This document shows positions 1 to 10,115 of a stretch of 64,000 bases of DNA, one piece after another; position 1 is the first letter of the stretch; each line of letters begins with the position of its first letter. The notes under the pieces were generated by a model. The model ran no database searches, was not told where the DNA came from, and saw only the letters and a program-made list of their open reading frames with translations. A program made the translations under genes and the position numbers. The DNA is taken from positions 9,723-73,722 of the forward strand of contig CAJYAI010000007.1 in NCBI GenBank assembly GCA_913064725.1, in the 5' to 3' direction. This stretch comes from an uncultured Alteromonadaceae bacterium (GTDB lineage: Bacteria > Pseudomonadota > Gammaproteobacteria > Pseudomonadales > Halieaceae).

Positions 1-75
1 ATCAATAATGGCCAGCCGAGTCCGCTCGCTCCGAAGCCGTCGCCCATCAACCGCTGTGATCTTATTCTCTGACAT
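1..75 (-). CDS. 5' end (25 codons) of a CDS running off the left edge; function not assignable
   Basis: ATG at complement of 73-75, then open frame MSENKITAVDGRRLRSERTRLAIID to position 1. Too short for the ORF track. The basic N-terminus is reminiscent of small HTH regulators, but that is a guess. Confidence 0.3.
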   Translation of the reverse strand, partial: MSENKITAVDGRRLRSERTRLAIID

Positions 76-398
76 TTACCCCTCTAGCCCGACTTGGCGT
101 GTATAGACTTTTTTACCGACCATGCGCTCCTATATATTTCTAGCTTAAGCGTATTACATGATCGGATCCATGCCCGAGTCCGCCGGTACAGCCGACCGCT
201 CGCCCAACCGACAAGTAACTGAGACACGACATATCGGCAACTACACGGCTTGCGCCGACTGTCGAGGTCATACGATCTGTTACTGTCTACAAAACGCCGA
301 TACTATTAATCGGTCCTCGCCCATTATAAGACTAACCTCGGTGTTCTTAACTCAACTGGCGAGGTAAGCTCTGGAAACAAGCACCCGAGAGGAAATTC

Positions 399-1841
399 AT
401 GGCTATGACACGATCTTCATTTCACCCGCACCTCGCAGCATCACTAGCGTGCTTACTCTTCGCCGCTCCCGTGGTTGCCAGTGAAGGCGTCCTGACAAGC
501 ATTGAGAGTCGATCGCAACAACTCACGGAGTTGAGCGACTACATTTGGGATTTGGCAGAAGTGGGATACCAAGAAACGCGCTCCAGTGCCGCACTGAAAG
601 ACATGCTGTCAGCGGAGGGCTTCACCATCCAAAGTAAGGTCGCTGACATACCCACCGCCTTTGTGGCGAGCTATGGATCCGGCGAACCTGTTATTGCCAT
701 CATGGGCGAATTCGATGCCTTACCGGGTATCAGCCAAGACGCTGTGCCCTTTGAGCAAAAAATCGCAGGTAAAAATGCGGCTCAGGCCTGTGGACACCAC
801 CTGTTTGGCACGGGCTCAGCCGGCGCGGCTATTGCTGTGAAAGAATGGCTCGAGCGCACGGGTACAGCGGGAACCATACAGTTTTTCGGTACGCCAGCCG
901 AAGAGGGTGGCTCTGGGAAAGTCTATATGGTTCGCTCAGGGCTGTTTGATAACGTAGACACCGTGATTCACTGGCACCCCTCCTCCGTCAACGCCGCCGA
1001 CTCAGCGAGTACGCTGGCAAACCGCTCAGCGAAGTTCACCTTCTCGGGCGTCTCATCTCACGCCGCTGCCGCACCCGAGCGCGGACGGTCAGCCCTTGAC
1101 GCCGTAGAGTCCATGAACTTTATGGTTAATTTACTGAGAGAACACGTCCCCACCACAACGCGCCTGCACTATGTCATCACAAACGGCGGCTCTGCGCCTA
1201 ATGTCGTACCCAACACCGCGCAATCATTTTACTACGTGAGACACCCTGATGAAGCCACCCTGCGCGATATTTGGGATCGGGTTGTGGCGACCGCCGAGGC
1301 CGCCGCTATGGGTACAGGCACGACGATGAGTTACGAGATCATTCACGGCAATTACAGCGTTTTACCCAATGACACCTTAGCGAAGGTGATGCACGAGAAG
1401 CTATCGACAGTAGGTGGCGTCGACTACGATGAGGCGGATGAGAAATTCGCTGACGCGCTGGCGAAAAGCTTGCCCAATGGTATTTACAACAGGGCGCAGG
1501 CCTTCGAGATAAAGCCTTTCGAAACAGGGCAACGTGGAAATGGCTCCACCGATGTGGGCGATGTCAGCTGGACTGTTCCAACGGTCGGTCTGAGCACCGC
1601 CACATGGGTACCCGGAACGGTCGCTCATACTTGGCAGGCAGTGGCCGCAGGTGGCACCCCAATCGGGCATAAAGGCATGATTGTAGCGGCCAAGTCGATC
1701 GCACTAACGGCAGTCACGCTCTTTGAAAACCCGGCGACGCTGGTGAAGGCCAGAGCAGAATTCGATCTCCGCCGCGGACCAAACTTCCAGTATGAGGCTC
1801 TGCTAGGAGATAGAGAGCCGCCGCTGGACTACCGCCGCTAA
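399..1841 (+). CDS. secreted M20-family amidohydrolase/peptidase (AbgB-like)
   Basis: 480 aa. Signal-peptide-like N-terminus (LACLLFAAPVVASEG). M20D-type motifs GEFDALPGISQ, ACGHHLFGTGSAGAA, GTPAEEGGSGK. Confidence 0.85.
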   Translation: MAMTRSSFHPHLAASLACLLFAAPVVASEGVLTSIESRSQQLTELSDYIWDLAEVGYQETRSSAALKDMLSAEGFTIQSKVADIPTAFVASYGSGEPVIAIMGEFDALPGISQDAVPFEQKIAGKNAAQACGHHLFGTGSAGAAIAVKEWLERTGTAGTIQFFGTPAEEGGSGKVYMVRSGLFDNVDTVIHWHPSSVNAADSASTLANRSAKFTFSGVSSHAAAAPERGRSALDAVESMNFMVNLLREHVPTTTRLHYVITNGGSAPNVVPNTAQSFYYVRHPDEATLRDIWDRVVATAEAAAMGTGTTMSYEIIHGNYSVLPNDTLAKVMHEKLSTVGGVDYDEADEKFADALAKSLPNGIYNRAQAFEIKPFETGQRGNGSTDVGDVSWTVPTVGLSTATWVPGTVAHTWQAVAAGGTPIGHKGMIVAAKSIALTAVTLFENPATLVKARAEFDLRRGPNFQYEALLGDREPPLDYRR

Positions 1842-2369
1842 CAGGCCGACACCGTTATCACCAGCCAGTCTCAACGAATGTTTGAGGGACCGTTTTAAGG
1901 CGGACGCGAGAACGCGCTGCTGATAGGGAAGATGTTCGACGTAGTCTGGCAGCATGTCGTCAAAACTGTCGGAGTGAGCCGCCTGCTCCTGAAATCCCTC
2001 GAGAAAGAGTACGAGAGATTCTCTGACGTATTGACTGAGTTCTTTATCAAACGTCAATTTCCAGGTCATATCCTGACTTAACTGACAAGCAGCAACGTAA
2101 TCCCCGGGCATACGATCACCCCACTCTGGCGGCGATACGAGTGACAACTGCCACTCGCTGGTCGTCCGGTAAAGAAAATAAATGTTGCCTGCGACGACCC
2201 GAAACTTGAAGGCCGCCGACAATACAAGGCTCGAACACCAATAATCGAGCAGTGCCTCATCTGCAGATTTTGCCCGTATTTCAGCGGGCGCCGACTCAGC
2301 CATTTGCTGCAGCACCATCACAAGACCTTTGCCTTGCGGGTTCCCCTGGGGATGAATGATTTCAGTCAT
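1803..2369 (-). CDS. conserved hypothetical protein, co-oriented with the thioesterase gene 14 nt upstream
   Basis: 188-aa ORF with coding-like composition and no recognisable motif. Its 3' end overlaps the convergent M20 gene by 39 nt. Confidence 0.5.
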   Translation of the reverse strand: MTEIIHPQGNPQGKGLVMVLQQMAESAPAEIRAKSADEALLDYWCSSLVLSAAFKFRVVAGNIYFLYRTTSEWQLSLVSPPEWGDRMPGDYVAACQLSQDMTWKLTFDKELSQYVRESLVLFLEGFQEQAAHSDSFDDMLPDYVEHLPYQQRVLASALKRSLKHSLRLAGDNGVGLLAAVVQRRLSIS

Positions 2370-2382
2370 ATCGCTGTCCTAT

Positions 2383-2811
2383 CTAACCAGCCAACTCAGG
2401 TTGCGCTGCTAAAATGGCGTCTTTAACGCGTTGCGGGATGGGTCGGCTTTTACGCGTCTCCCTGTCGACGAAGACGTAGACAAAACTGCCACGGGTAGCG
2501 ATTTCATTAGTCGTCGTATTCAGCATTTCAAAGTCTAAGGTGCAGCTAGAGTTCCCCAGTCTAGTGAAACTGCAAGACACATCCAAAATGTCCCACGCCA
2601 GGCACTCGCCGACAAAGTCGATGTTGGCGTTTGCGGTGAAGGTCAAAAAGTCTCCATCAGGCCCTGCATCCCACCCAACTTGCTCGAGGTACTCAGACAC
2701 CACCTCATCCGCGAGCACCAGATAGCTCCCAAAATAGGTATGACCATTGGCATCGGTATCGGCAAATCGGACTTTGATTTGCCCGGTGTAAGCAGCTTTC
2801 ATCTGACTCAT
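2383..2811 (-). CDS. hotdog-fold acyl-CoA thioesterase (4HBT/YbgC-like)
   Basis: 142 aa. N-terminal RFADTDANGHTYFGSY, typical of the 4HBT-type catalytic Asp region. Confidence 0.75.
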   Translation of the reverse strand: MSQMKAAYTGQIKVRFADTDANGHTYFGSYLVLADEVVSEYLEQVGWDAGPDGDFLTFTANANIDFVGECLAWDILDVSCSFTRLGNSSCTLDFEMLNTTTNEIATRGSFVYVFVDRETRKSRPIPQRVKDAILAAQPELAG

Positions 2812-3117
2812 TCCTCTTACTCGTTCGTAACTTTTAACTCAACATCGGCGCAAGCGCACCCGTGATGGGCGCCGAAGTATGGGTGGTATTGTTACGACTT
2901 TCCATGCCGCAAATGCCCCGATTAGATCGGGCCACCAGGCCAACTCAGCAGATTGGCTAGCAGCACCCGCACAATGTCACTCACAGCGTACGCGGCGTAG
3001 GGCAAAACAGTTCGGTCATATTGCCAGCTAGACGTTAATGAGACTTACATCGATCAGCCAAACCCCTTATCATTCGCGCCGTCTCAAAACGACAGCGTTA
3101 TTACCCGGGGGAAATGA

Positions 3118-3555
3118 ATGAATACGAATGTCATCGTAGCGGTATTTACGATCGCAGTTACAGCCATTATTTGGTTTGGTACAACACGCAATGACGCATC
3201 ATGGACTGGCAACCGCAATGTGTGTGTGGGCGAGTGCTATGAAACGTGGAAATCAGAAAACGGCGGCAGCATTGCTGATATCGAGCGAACCAAGCAAGAC
3301 CTGCTAGCCGCCGCATCGCCCGAGGCACTGGGTGAGAAGTATTACGGGCAGTGCATTGCATGCCACGGCGGCAATGGCGAAGGCGGAATTGGACCTATGC
3401 TTGCAGGGCAGACGGTCGCCGTCATTACCGATAAGCTGACAGGCTACCGCGCTGGTGAGGCGCGTGGCGCCCAGTCTGCACTGATGTGGCCCGTCGCTAA
3501 AGCCATGAGTGACAGTGATATCGCTAATATCGCCGCCTACGTCGGTACACTTTAA
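3118..3555 (+). CDS. membrane-anchored mono-haem class I cytochrome c
   Basis: 145 aa. N-terminal TM helix (VIVAVFTIAVTAIIWFG). Single CxxCH (CIACH). Downstream Met ligand region (ALMWPVAKAMSD). Confidence 0.8.
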   Translation: MNTNVIVAVFTIAVTAIIWFGTTRNDASWTGNRNVCVGECYETWKSENGGSIADIERTKQDLLAAASPEALGEKYYGQCIACHGGNGEGGIGPMLAGQTVAVITDKLTGYRAGEARGAQSALMWPVAKAMSDSDIANIAAYVGTL

Positions 3556-3564
3556 ACGCAACTA

Positions 3565-4779
3565 CTACGAGGCGACTTTCGTTGCCTCATCTTTTTCTTT
3601 TTCGAAGAATTGCCACGCGACTCCCGCTAATGCGACCGGACCAACTAGAGGCAGCAGCGACAGAGACATTTGCGCGCAACCGCTAATGAGCACAGCCACT
3701 TTCAACCATTCCTGCAGCCGAAAAAAGGCTGACTGCTCATTACTCAACAGCGCTGCATTCGCCACCGCCAGCCACAGCATCATGGCCCAAGCCCATGTCT
3801 CATAGCCACTGAGCGCCTCCGCCTGTTGAGCAATGACCAGTATCATTGTGATCAGCAGAAGATTAAAGACGCCACTAGTTTTCCGCGCTGAGGGCACCGC
3901 CGGGTCATATCTGACCGGGGCCTTTCCATCACCATGGACACCGGCTTTCTCGGCAAGATCCGTGGGTTGCCAGGCAGGATGCGATAGAGGAACTCTGATG
4001 CGATCGCGCCAATGCTGCGTTTCCCACATGTCGTTCATCATGTCCCGGTACACATGAAGCCAGGCAGTCAGGGGTGACCAGGACCGGATGGGCTTGGTAA
4101 TGCCATAGACGCAGGGCTCTGAGGGCAATTCACGTTGGTAAGAATCGAACAATCGGTCCCAAACAATGAACACCCCGCCGTAGTTACGGTCGAGGTAGCA
4201 GGCGTTTCGGGCATGGTGGACGCGGTGATTTGAGGGGGATACAAACACGTATTCAAACCAACCAAGCTCGCCAACGTGTTCCGTGTGCACCCAAAATTGA
4301 TAAATCAGGTTAAGCGCGCCGACCGTCACCACCATTTCCGCAGGAACGCCAATGAAGAACAACGGCGTGTAAAAAATCCAACCAAATAGGAAACCTGAGC
4401 TTGTCTGGCGCAGCGCAGTCGACAAGTTGTAATCCTCGCTTTGGTGATGAACCACGTGCGCAGCCCAAAAAAGTTTTACTTCATGTCCCGCTCGGTGCGA
4501 CCAGTAGTAGCAAAAGTCGTAGAGAACAAAGGCGAGTATCCAAGAGCTCCATCCCTCGACACTCCAGACAGTGAAGGGCGTTACCGATGCGAGCCAGGCA
4601 TAAATGGTGCCACCCACTCCGAGTGCTACGAACCGACGTGCCTGAGACAAGCCTCCTAACATCAAACTACTGATGGCATCGGTCAGTCGATAGGTATCTC
4701 GGCCACGCCATCGTCCCCATAGCCACTCAGCCGCTATGGCAAGAAGAAAAAACGGAACAGCGTTGGCAATCAAATTCAT
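3565..4779 (-). CDS. fatty acid hydroxylase / sterol desaturase family membrane protein with an extra C-terminal multi-TM extension
   Basis: 404 aa. His boxes HRAGHE, HVVHH, HRVHH. Paralog of 43379-44266. About 130 additional C-terminal residues with hydrophobic helices. Confidence 0.8.
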   Translation of the reverse strand: MNLIANAVPFFLLAIAAEWLWGRWRGRDTYRLTDAISSLMLGGLSQARRFVALGVGGTIYAWLASVTPFTVWSVEGWSSWILAFVLYDFCYYWSHRAGHEVKLFWAAHVVHHQSEDYNLSTALRQTSSGFLFGWIFYTPLFFIGVPAEMVVTVGALNLIYQFWVHTEHVGELGWFEYVFVSPSNHRVHHARNACYLDRNYGGVFIVWDRLFDSYQRELPSEPCVYGITKPIRSWSPLTAWLHVYRDMMNDMWETQHWRDRIRVPLSHPAWQPTDLAEKAGVHGDGKAPVRYDPAVPSARKTSGVFNLLLITMILVIAQQAEALSGYETWAWAMMLWLAVANAALLSNEQSAFFRLQEWLKVAVLISGCAQMSLSLLPLVGPVALAGVAWQFFEKEKDEATKVAS

Positions 4780-4865
4780 CGTTTGAGTATAGCCGTATCA
4801 CTCATTATTCCCTACGCCCTAGCAACGCAAAGAGCAGCCGAGATCGATGCTCGAGCCAGAATAAA

Positions 4866-4900
4866 ACAGAACAGCACGGCACGGCACGGAACAGTACAGA
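4866..4900. repeat. degenerate pentanucleotide array (7 units)
   Basis: ACAGA ACAGC ACGGC ACGGC ACGGA ACAGT ACAGA, in the divergent region between 3565-4779(-) and 5038-7125(+). Confidence 0.85.
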
Positions 4901-5037
4901 ATATAATGCCGCCGGATTAAGCCGTCACCAGTAACCACGCGTAAGCGTTATCATCTTTTCGTCATTTCGCTTACCCTCCTCCGCACGTAATACAGAACGA
5001 CAATCCGGACTTTTCGTCACCTTGGGAATACCTATCG

Positions 5038-7125
5038 ATGCTTAAATGCCTTAGACCTCTGTCAATGACTCTCGTCGTCCTTGTCTTGAGCACCTCACAA
5101 ACCCTATCTGCAGAGTCATTCGAAGCCAGTATTGAGCGCGATCAATACGGGGTACCACACATCTATGGCGCCACGGATGCAGACGCTGCATTCGGGCTCG
5201 CCTATGCTCAGGCTGAGGACGCATGGCCCATCATGGAGGGTAGCTTGCCCTTTTTCAGAGGTTCCGCCGGCCTCTACGAAGGGCGTGAGGGAGCTCAGTC
5301 TGACTACTTGGTTAAGTGGCTCGATTTATGGGGTACGTTGGACCGGGACTATGAACAAGTGCTGTCGCCCGAGATCCGGCGCTACGTTGAAGCATTCGCT
5401 GAGGGTTTCAATGCTTTTATAAGGGACAATCCGTCAGAGGCTAAGCACCCAGAGTTACTTCCCATCACAGGAAAAGACATCATAGCCGGCCACATGCTGC
5501 GCCACCCGCTGTTCTATGGCTTCGATGGCCCAGTGCTTGAGTTATTCGGCGAGGAGCGACCCAATACCGTCAGTAAAGCGCCCTACAATCCAAAGCCAAA
5601 AGATCCCATAGGATCTAATGCCACAGCCATTGCGCCCTCGCGCACTGAAGACGGATCTACCTACCTCATTATCAACTCTCACCAGCCCCTGACAGGGCCT
5701 GTCGCATGGTATGAGGCACATTTACAGTCGGGAGAAGGACTCGATGTCATGGGCGGCCTCTTCCCGGGTGCGCCCACAATTGGTGTGGGCTTTACCAAGG
5801 AGCACGGCTGGGGCGCTACGGTAAATAAGCCAGATCTTGTCGACATCTATGTCTTGGAGATGAATCCTGACGATCCGAATCAGTATCGTCTCGATGGCGA
5901 GTGGCAAAACCTCGAGGTCAGCAAGGTGAAACTCAAGCTGAAGCTCTGGGGCTTTTTCCCCTGGTCCGTCAGCCGAGAGGTCCTGCGATCAGTCCATGGC
6001 CCGGCGCTGCGAACCGACCACGGTGTTTATGCTATCCGATATGCTGGCATGGATGAGATGAAGCAGGTCGAGCAATGGCTCGCGATGAACAAAGCGAAAA
6101 ATTTTGAGGAATGGCAGGCGGCAATAGCGCTGAATTACATCCAAAGCTTTAACTTTGTTTATGCCAATCGGCACGGCGACATCCATTTCATCCACAATGC
6201 TCAGCTGCCAATGAGGGCCCCTAACTGGCAGTGGGATCAATACCTGCCGGGAGATCGATCGGACTTAATTTGGGATGCCTACCACCCGACATCGTCACTA
6301 CCACAGGTCACCAATCCATCTTCCGGCTTCGTTCACAGTGCAAACCAGACACCGTTTAATATCACGGCTGCAAGCGACAATCCTCGTCAACGTGATGTGC
6401 CAGCCAATGGCGGATGGCAGACACGAATGACCAATCGTGCCACCAGAGGGCTGGAGCTATTCGAAGATTTCGGTGAAATTTCATTTGATGAAGCTTGGCA
6501 GCTAAAGCATGACAATAGCTACTCGATTAACTACCGAGGTATAGCATTTCTGCAGCAAGTCACCAGCTTGCCAAAAACTAGCGACCGGATCGCCGAAGCC
6601 ATCGACATCCTCTCAAACTGGGACCGGGCTACCGACAAAAATAATCGCGGCGCCGCGCTGGGGGTCTGTGTACTCGCCGCTGAGTGGCAAGCTGAAAGTG
6701 GTGGATCGTCAAATCCAGACCCGCAACCCATACTCGATGACTGTATCGAGCAAACATTAGACATAGGTGGGCGCCTCGACCCTCGATGGGGAGACGTGAA
6801 TCGTCATGGTCGGGATGATACACACTGGCCGGTCGCGGGCGGTCCCGATACGCTGCGTGCGATCTACAGCCGACGGCTCGACGGCGATGACCACCTAACG
6901 GCTGTCGCTGGTGACGGACTTTATTACCTTATTCGTTGGATGCCTGACGGCGACATGCGGGCGCTCGGCACTCACCAATATGGTAATGACATGACCAACC
7001 CCGATTCACCGCATTATCTTGATCAAGCAGAGGATTTTACGAACGAAGTTCTCCACCAACCCCTTTACTCGGATCAGGATAGGATTGGCCGCATAACTCG
7101 GCGCTACGATGTTCGCTCAGATTAG
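5038..7125 (+). CDS. Ntn-hydrolase of the penicillin acylase (S45) family, candidate acyl-homoserine-lactone acylase
   Basis: 695 aa. Signal peptide. Internal GSNATAI matches the autoproteolytic site that exposes the Ser nucleophile of the beta chain. Confidence 0.8.
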   Translation: MLKCLRPLSMTLVVLVLSTSQTLSAESFEASIERDQYGVPHIYGATDADAAFGLAYAQAEDAWPIMEGSLPFFRGSAGLYEGREGAQSDYLVKWLDLWGTLDRDYEQVLSPEIRRYVEAFAEGFNAFIRDNPSEAKHPELLPITGKDIIAGHMLRHPLFYGFDGPVLELFGEERPNTVSKAPYNPKPKDPIGSNATAIAPSRTEDGSTYLIINSHQPLTGPVAWYEAHLQSGEGLDVMGGLFPGAPTIGVGFTKEHGWGATVNKPDLVDIYVLEMNPDDPNQYRLDGEWQNLEVSKVKLKLKLWGFFPWSVSREVLRSVHGPALRTDHGVYAIRYAGMDEMKQVEQWLAMNKAKNFEEWQAAIALNYIQSFNFVYANRHGDIHFIHNAQLPMRAPNWQWDQYLPGDRSDLIWDAYHPTSSLPQVTNPSSGFVHSANQTPFNITAASDNPRQRDVPANGGWQTRMTNRATRGLELFEDFGEISFDEAWQLKHDNSYSINYRGIAFLQQVTSLPKTSDRIAEAIDILSNWDRATDKNNRGAALGVCVLAAEWQAESGGSSNPDPQPILDDCIEQTLDIGGRLDPRWGDVNRHGRDDTHWPVAGGPDTLRAIYSRRLDGDDHLTAVAGDGLYYLIRWMPDGDMRALGTHQYGNDMTNPDSPHYLDQAEDFTNEVLHQPLYSDQDRIGRITRRYDVRSD

Positions 7126-7383
7126 AAGCCAAGTGGACGACTAGCTGCTCGAAGTCACCCCTTGCCGGAAGGACCTCGAGGCCCCAGAAAAAGCGACCCT
7201 GCCCGGCGTTCCGAAGCGGCGATAGTATGGGCTGAGACAGGGCGATCTGGCTGACGCAACGCACCCTCCCCGTTAGTCTCAGCTGAGTCCCATTTTGGCG
7301 GCTTTCATCTGTCACGGGCGTTGCCGATTGATACGATGTCTGGACGATGCAAACACACAATAGCGTATAGCCGGCTCATAGCC

Positions 7384-8655
7384 ATGGCCAGCGTTCAACT
7401 CATAGGAAACGCCACCGATGGTTATCAGTTAACCGTCGATGGTGTTCCGTTCTTCGTCAAGGGAGTTGGGCTCGAGTTTGGTCAGCTCGCATCATTGAAA
7501 GAAGCCGGTGGCAACGCATTCAGAACGTGGCGCGTTGACAATGGTACACGTGATGCAATCGATATTTTAGACGAGGCCGAGGCGCTTGGACTCAAAGTCT
7601 GCATGGGGCTCGACATCGCCCGCGAGCGGCACGGATTCGACTACGACGATGCAAAAGCTGTGGCTGCACAAAATGATCAAATGATGATCGATGTCATGCG
7701 ACTCAAAGGTCACCCGGCATTGCTCATGTGGGGTCTTGGTAATGAGCTCAATTTACGCGCGACCAACAACGCCGTTTGGGACGCGATAGAAGACCTCGCT
7801 TCACGTATCAAGGAAGTGGATCCAAATCACCCGGTCACAACGATGCTCGCGGGCATCGATAAACCCACGGTAACTGCTATTGCCGAGAGAGCACCCTCAC
7901 TCGATTTTCTGTCGTTCCAAATTTACGGCGAAATCGATCGACTACCTGAAATCTTAAACAGCGCCGGCTATGACGGTCCGTATCAAATAACGGAGTGGGG
8001 CCCTACCGGACATTGGGAGAGTCCCGAGACAAGCTGGCAGCGCCCCTTTGAGCCGTCCAGCACACAGAAAGCCAGCGATATCAGCAGGCGTTATCAAGAG
8101 GTCATCTTAGCTGACAGCAAACGCTGCCTTGGCGCCTATTTATTTCTCTGGGGTCAAAAACAAGAGCGCACACCCACCTGGTACGGTGTGTTCTTGGCGT
8201 CTGGGGAGCGGACAGAATCTGTCGATGTCATGGAGCACGCTTGGACTGGCGAATGGCCAACTCACAGAGCACCGCAAATTCAATCTCTGCGCCTCAACAA
8301 TGCCTGCGCACCAGATGACGTCATCGGCAAAGTAAACGATCTGCTTCAAGCCAACGTCGACATCAAATACACCGATCACTGTACGGTGTCGTGGCGAGTT
8401 CGAGAGGAAGTACCACTTGACCTGCAAAGTGATGGTGGCGATTTCGAGCCAACGCCGCCGACGGTCGCATCAAATTTAGACACCCAGAATACGGCATTCG
8501 AATTCTCGCTGTCCGCCCCGGGGCATTACCGTTTATTCTGCCAAGTGGATACGCCCCACCAAAGCAGTGCCGTCGCAAACATACCCTTCTCAATTGATTC
8601 TGCGCCTACGTGGCGTCAGAAATTCCTTCATTTATTCCGACGAAAATTAGTATGA
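7384..8655 (+). CDS. clan GH-A (beta/alpha)8 glycoside hydrolase with a C-terminal beta-sandwich-like domain; family not assignable by eye
   Basis: GLGNELNL (acid/base NE) and ITEWGP (nucleophile E) in the 4/7 arrangement. No signal peptide. Start moved to the ATG at 7384 (MASVQLIG). The ORF track extends to 7321. Confidence 0.65.
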   Translation: MASVQLIGNATDGYQLTVDGVPFFVKGVGLEFGQLASLKEAGGNAFRTWRVDNGTRDAIDILDEAEALGLKVCMGLDIARERHGFDYDDAKAVAAQNDQMMIDVMRLKGHPALLMWGLGNELNLRATNNAVWDAIEDLASRIKEVDPNHPVTTMLAGIDKPTVTAIAERAPSLDFLSFQIYGEIDRLPEILNSAGYDGPYQITEWGPTGHWESPETSWQRPFEPSSTQKASDISRRYQEVILADSKRCLGAYLFLWGQKQERTPTWYGVFLASGERTESVDVMEHAWTGEWPTHRAPQIQSLRLNNACAPDDVIGKVNDLLQANVDIKYTDHCTVSWRVREEVPLDLQSDGGDFEPTPPTVASNLDTQNTAFEFSLSAPGHYRLFCQVDTPHQSSAVANIPFSIDSAPTWRQKFLHLFRRKLV

Positions 8656-10091
8656 CGACAGATACCCTAGTAACAGTAGCGCCGACCACCCCTGAAACAG
8701 TGAGCCGCTCAACCATTCCGATGAGTCAGAAGATTGCGTTCGGAGTTGGCATGTTGGCCAATCAAATGTTCCCCGCCGCACTGGGTATTTTTATGGTCAT
8801 TCTGGTGCAAAGCCTAGGTATGAGCCCCATTTTGTGGGGTCTGATTTTCTTCCTACCAAAGCTCGTAGACGCTCTAACCGATCCGCTAATGGGCTACATT
8901 TCGGATCGAACTGAATCACGCTGGGGTAAGCGGCGTCCGTTTGTCTTTATTGGCGCAGTGATCGCGGGCTTGGCTTACATCGCCATGTGGCAGTTATCTG
9001 CTGAGAACAGCCAGACCTATAATTTTTGGTACTTCCTGGCGTGGTCCATCGTCTTCTTCTTGGGCATGACTGTCTTCAGTGTCCCGTATGTTGCAATGGG
9101 CTACGAAATGAGCAGTGACTACCATGAGCGGACGCGCCTCATGGCCGTGGCGCAGTGGATAGGTCAGTGGGCCTGGGTCATCGCCCCTTGGGGGTGGATC
9201 GTCCTTTACGACCCCAACTGGTTCGCTTCCGCCACCGAAGGCGCAAGGACACTGTCAATTTATGTCGGTGTAACCTGCATGCTCTTGGCGATGGTCCCCG
9301 CCATATTCTGCCACTCGGTCGACACCACTAATACCAACGCAAAGGAATCGAATAGTTCGATATCGGACACATTCCGAGAGTTATTTACAGGGATTGGTAT
9401 TACCCTAAAAAATAAGCCTTTTCAGCGCATCTGCACCGCGACCTTTTTTATCTTCAATGCCTACAACTGTGTGGCCGGCTTCGCCTTCTTCATCATTGTC
9501 TACTACATGAATGGCGGTGATCCGGTAGCAGCGGGGAACTGGCCCGCCTTATTCGGTAGCGTCTCCGCTTTATGCACGTGTTTTGTGGTCATACCGATTG
9601 TGAATTACATGGCACAAACCATAGGCAAGCACAAAACGTTTCTGATCACACAGAGCATGTCGCTCGCCGGATATGCCATGTTCTGGTGGAGTTTTTCGCC
9701 AGCTAATCCCTATCTCATGTTCATCCCTATTCCACTCTTTGTTTTCGGTATTGGCGGACTTTTTACGATAATGATGTCCATGACCGCTGATATCTGTGAC
9801 CTCGATGAGCTCGAAACGCACCAGCGGCGCGAAGGTCTTTTCGGTGCGATTTACTGGTGGATGGTGAAGTTTGGAGCCGCTTTTGCCGGACTGTTGAGTG
9901 GGATAATTCTCGCGCTGGTCGGGTTCGATCAAACTGTTACCGTACAGACTGACGAGGCCCTAGCGGGTCTGCGTGCAGCCTTCATCATTGTTCCTGCGAC
10001 CGGAACACTGATCGGTATTTGGGCGATGTGGAATTATGATCTTGATGAAGCTCGCGTTACGGCGATCAGAGCGGAACTCGACGCCAGATAA
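8652..10091 (+). CDS. glycoside-pentoside-hexuronide (GPH)/MFS sugar:cation symporter
   Basis: About 12 TM helices. GPH signature SDRTESRWGKRRPF. ATG 8652 overlaps the upstream stop (ATGA). Confidence 0.75.
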   Translation: MTTDTLVTVAPTTPETVSRSTIPMSQKIAFGVGMLANQMFPAALGIFMVILVQSLGMSPILWGLIFFLPKLVDALTDPLMGYISDRTESRWGKRRPFVFIGAVIAGLAYIAMWQLSAENSQTYNFWYFLAWSIVFFLGMTVFSVPYVAMGYEMSSDYHERTRLMAVAQWIGQWAWVIAPWGWIVLYDPNWFASATEGARTLSIYVGVTCMLLAMVPAIFCHSVDTTNTNAKESNSSISDTFRELFTGIGITLKNKPFQRICTATFFIFNAYNCVAGFAFFIIVYYMNGGDPVAAGNWPALFGSVSALCTCFVVIPIVNYMAQTIGKHKTFLITQSMSLAGYAMFWWSFSPANPYLMFIPIPLFVFGIGGLFTIMMSMTADICDLDELETHQRREGLFGAIYWWMVKFGAAFAGLLSGIILALVGFDQTVTVQTDEALAGLRAAFIIVPATGTLIGIWAMWNYDLDEARVTAIRAELDAR

Positions 10092-10115
10092 ACCGACTAG
10101 CCCAACGCCTGTGCA

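Noticed and set aside
315-364. 7-bp stem (CCTCGCC ... GGCGAGG) enclosing 36 nt upstream of the M20 gene, considered as a riboswitch/leader
   Set aside because: A single 7-bp complement with a long loop is about what chance predicts in a 320-bp region. I recognise no conserved riboswitch core.
158-367. 69-aa ORF in the first intergenic region
   Set aside because: No RBS, Cys/Arg/Thr-rich atypical composition, and it lies in the probable promoter/leader region of the M20 gene.
7037-7360. 107-aa minus-strand ORF spanning the acylase 3' end and the following spacer
   Set aside because: It overlaps a well-supported gene, and has no motif and no RBS. It is likely spurious.
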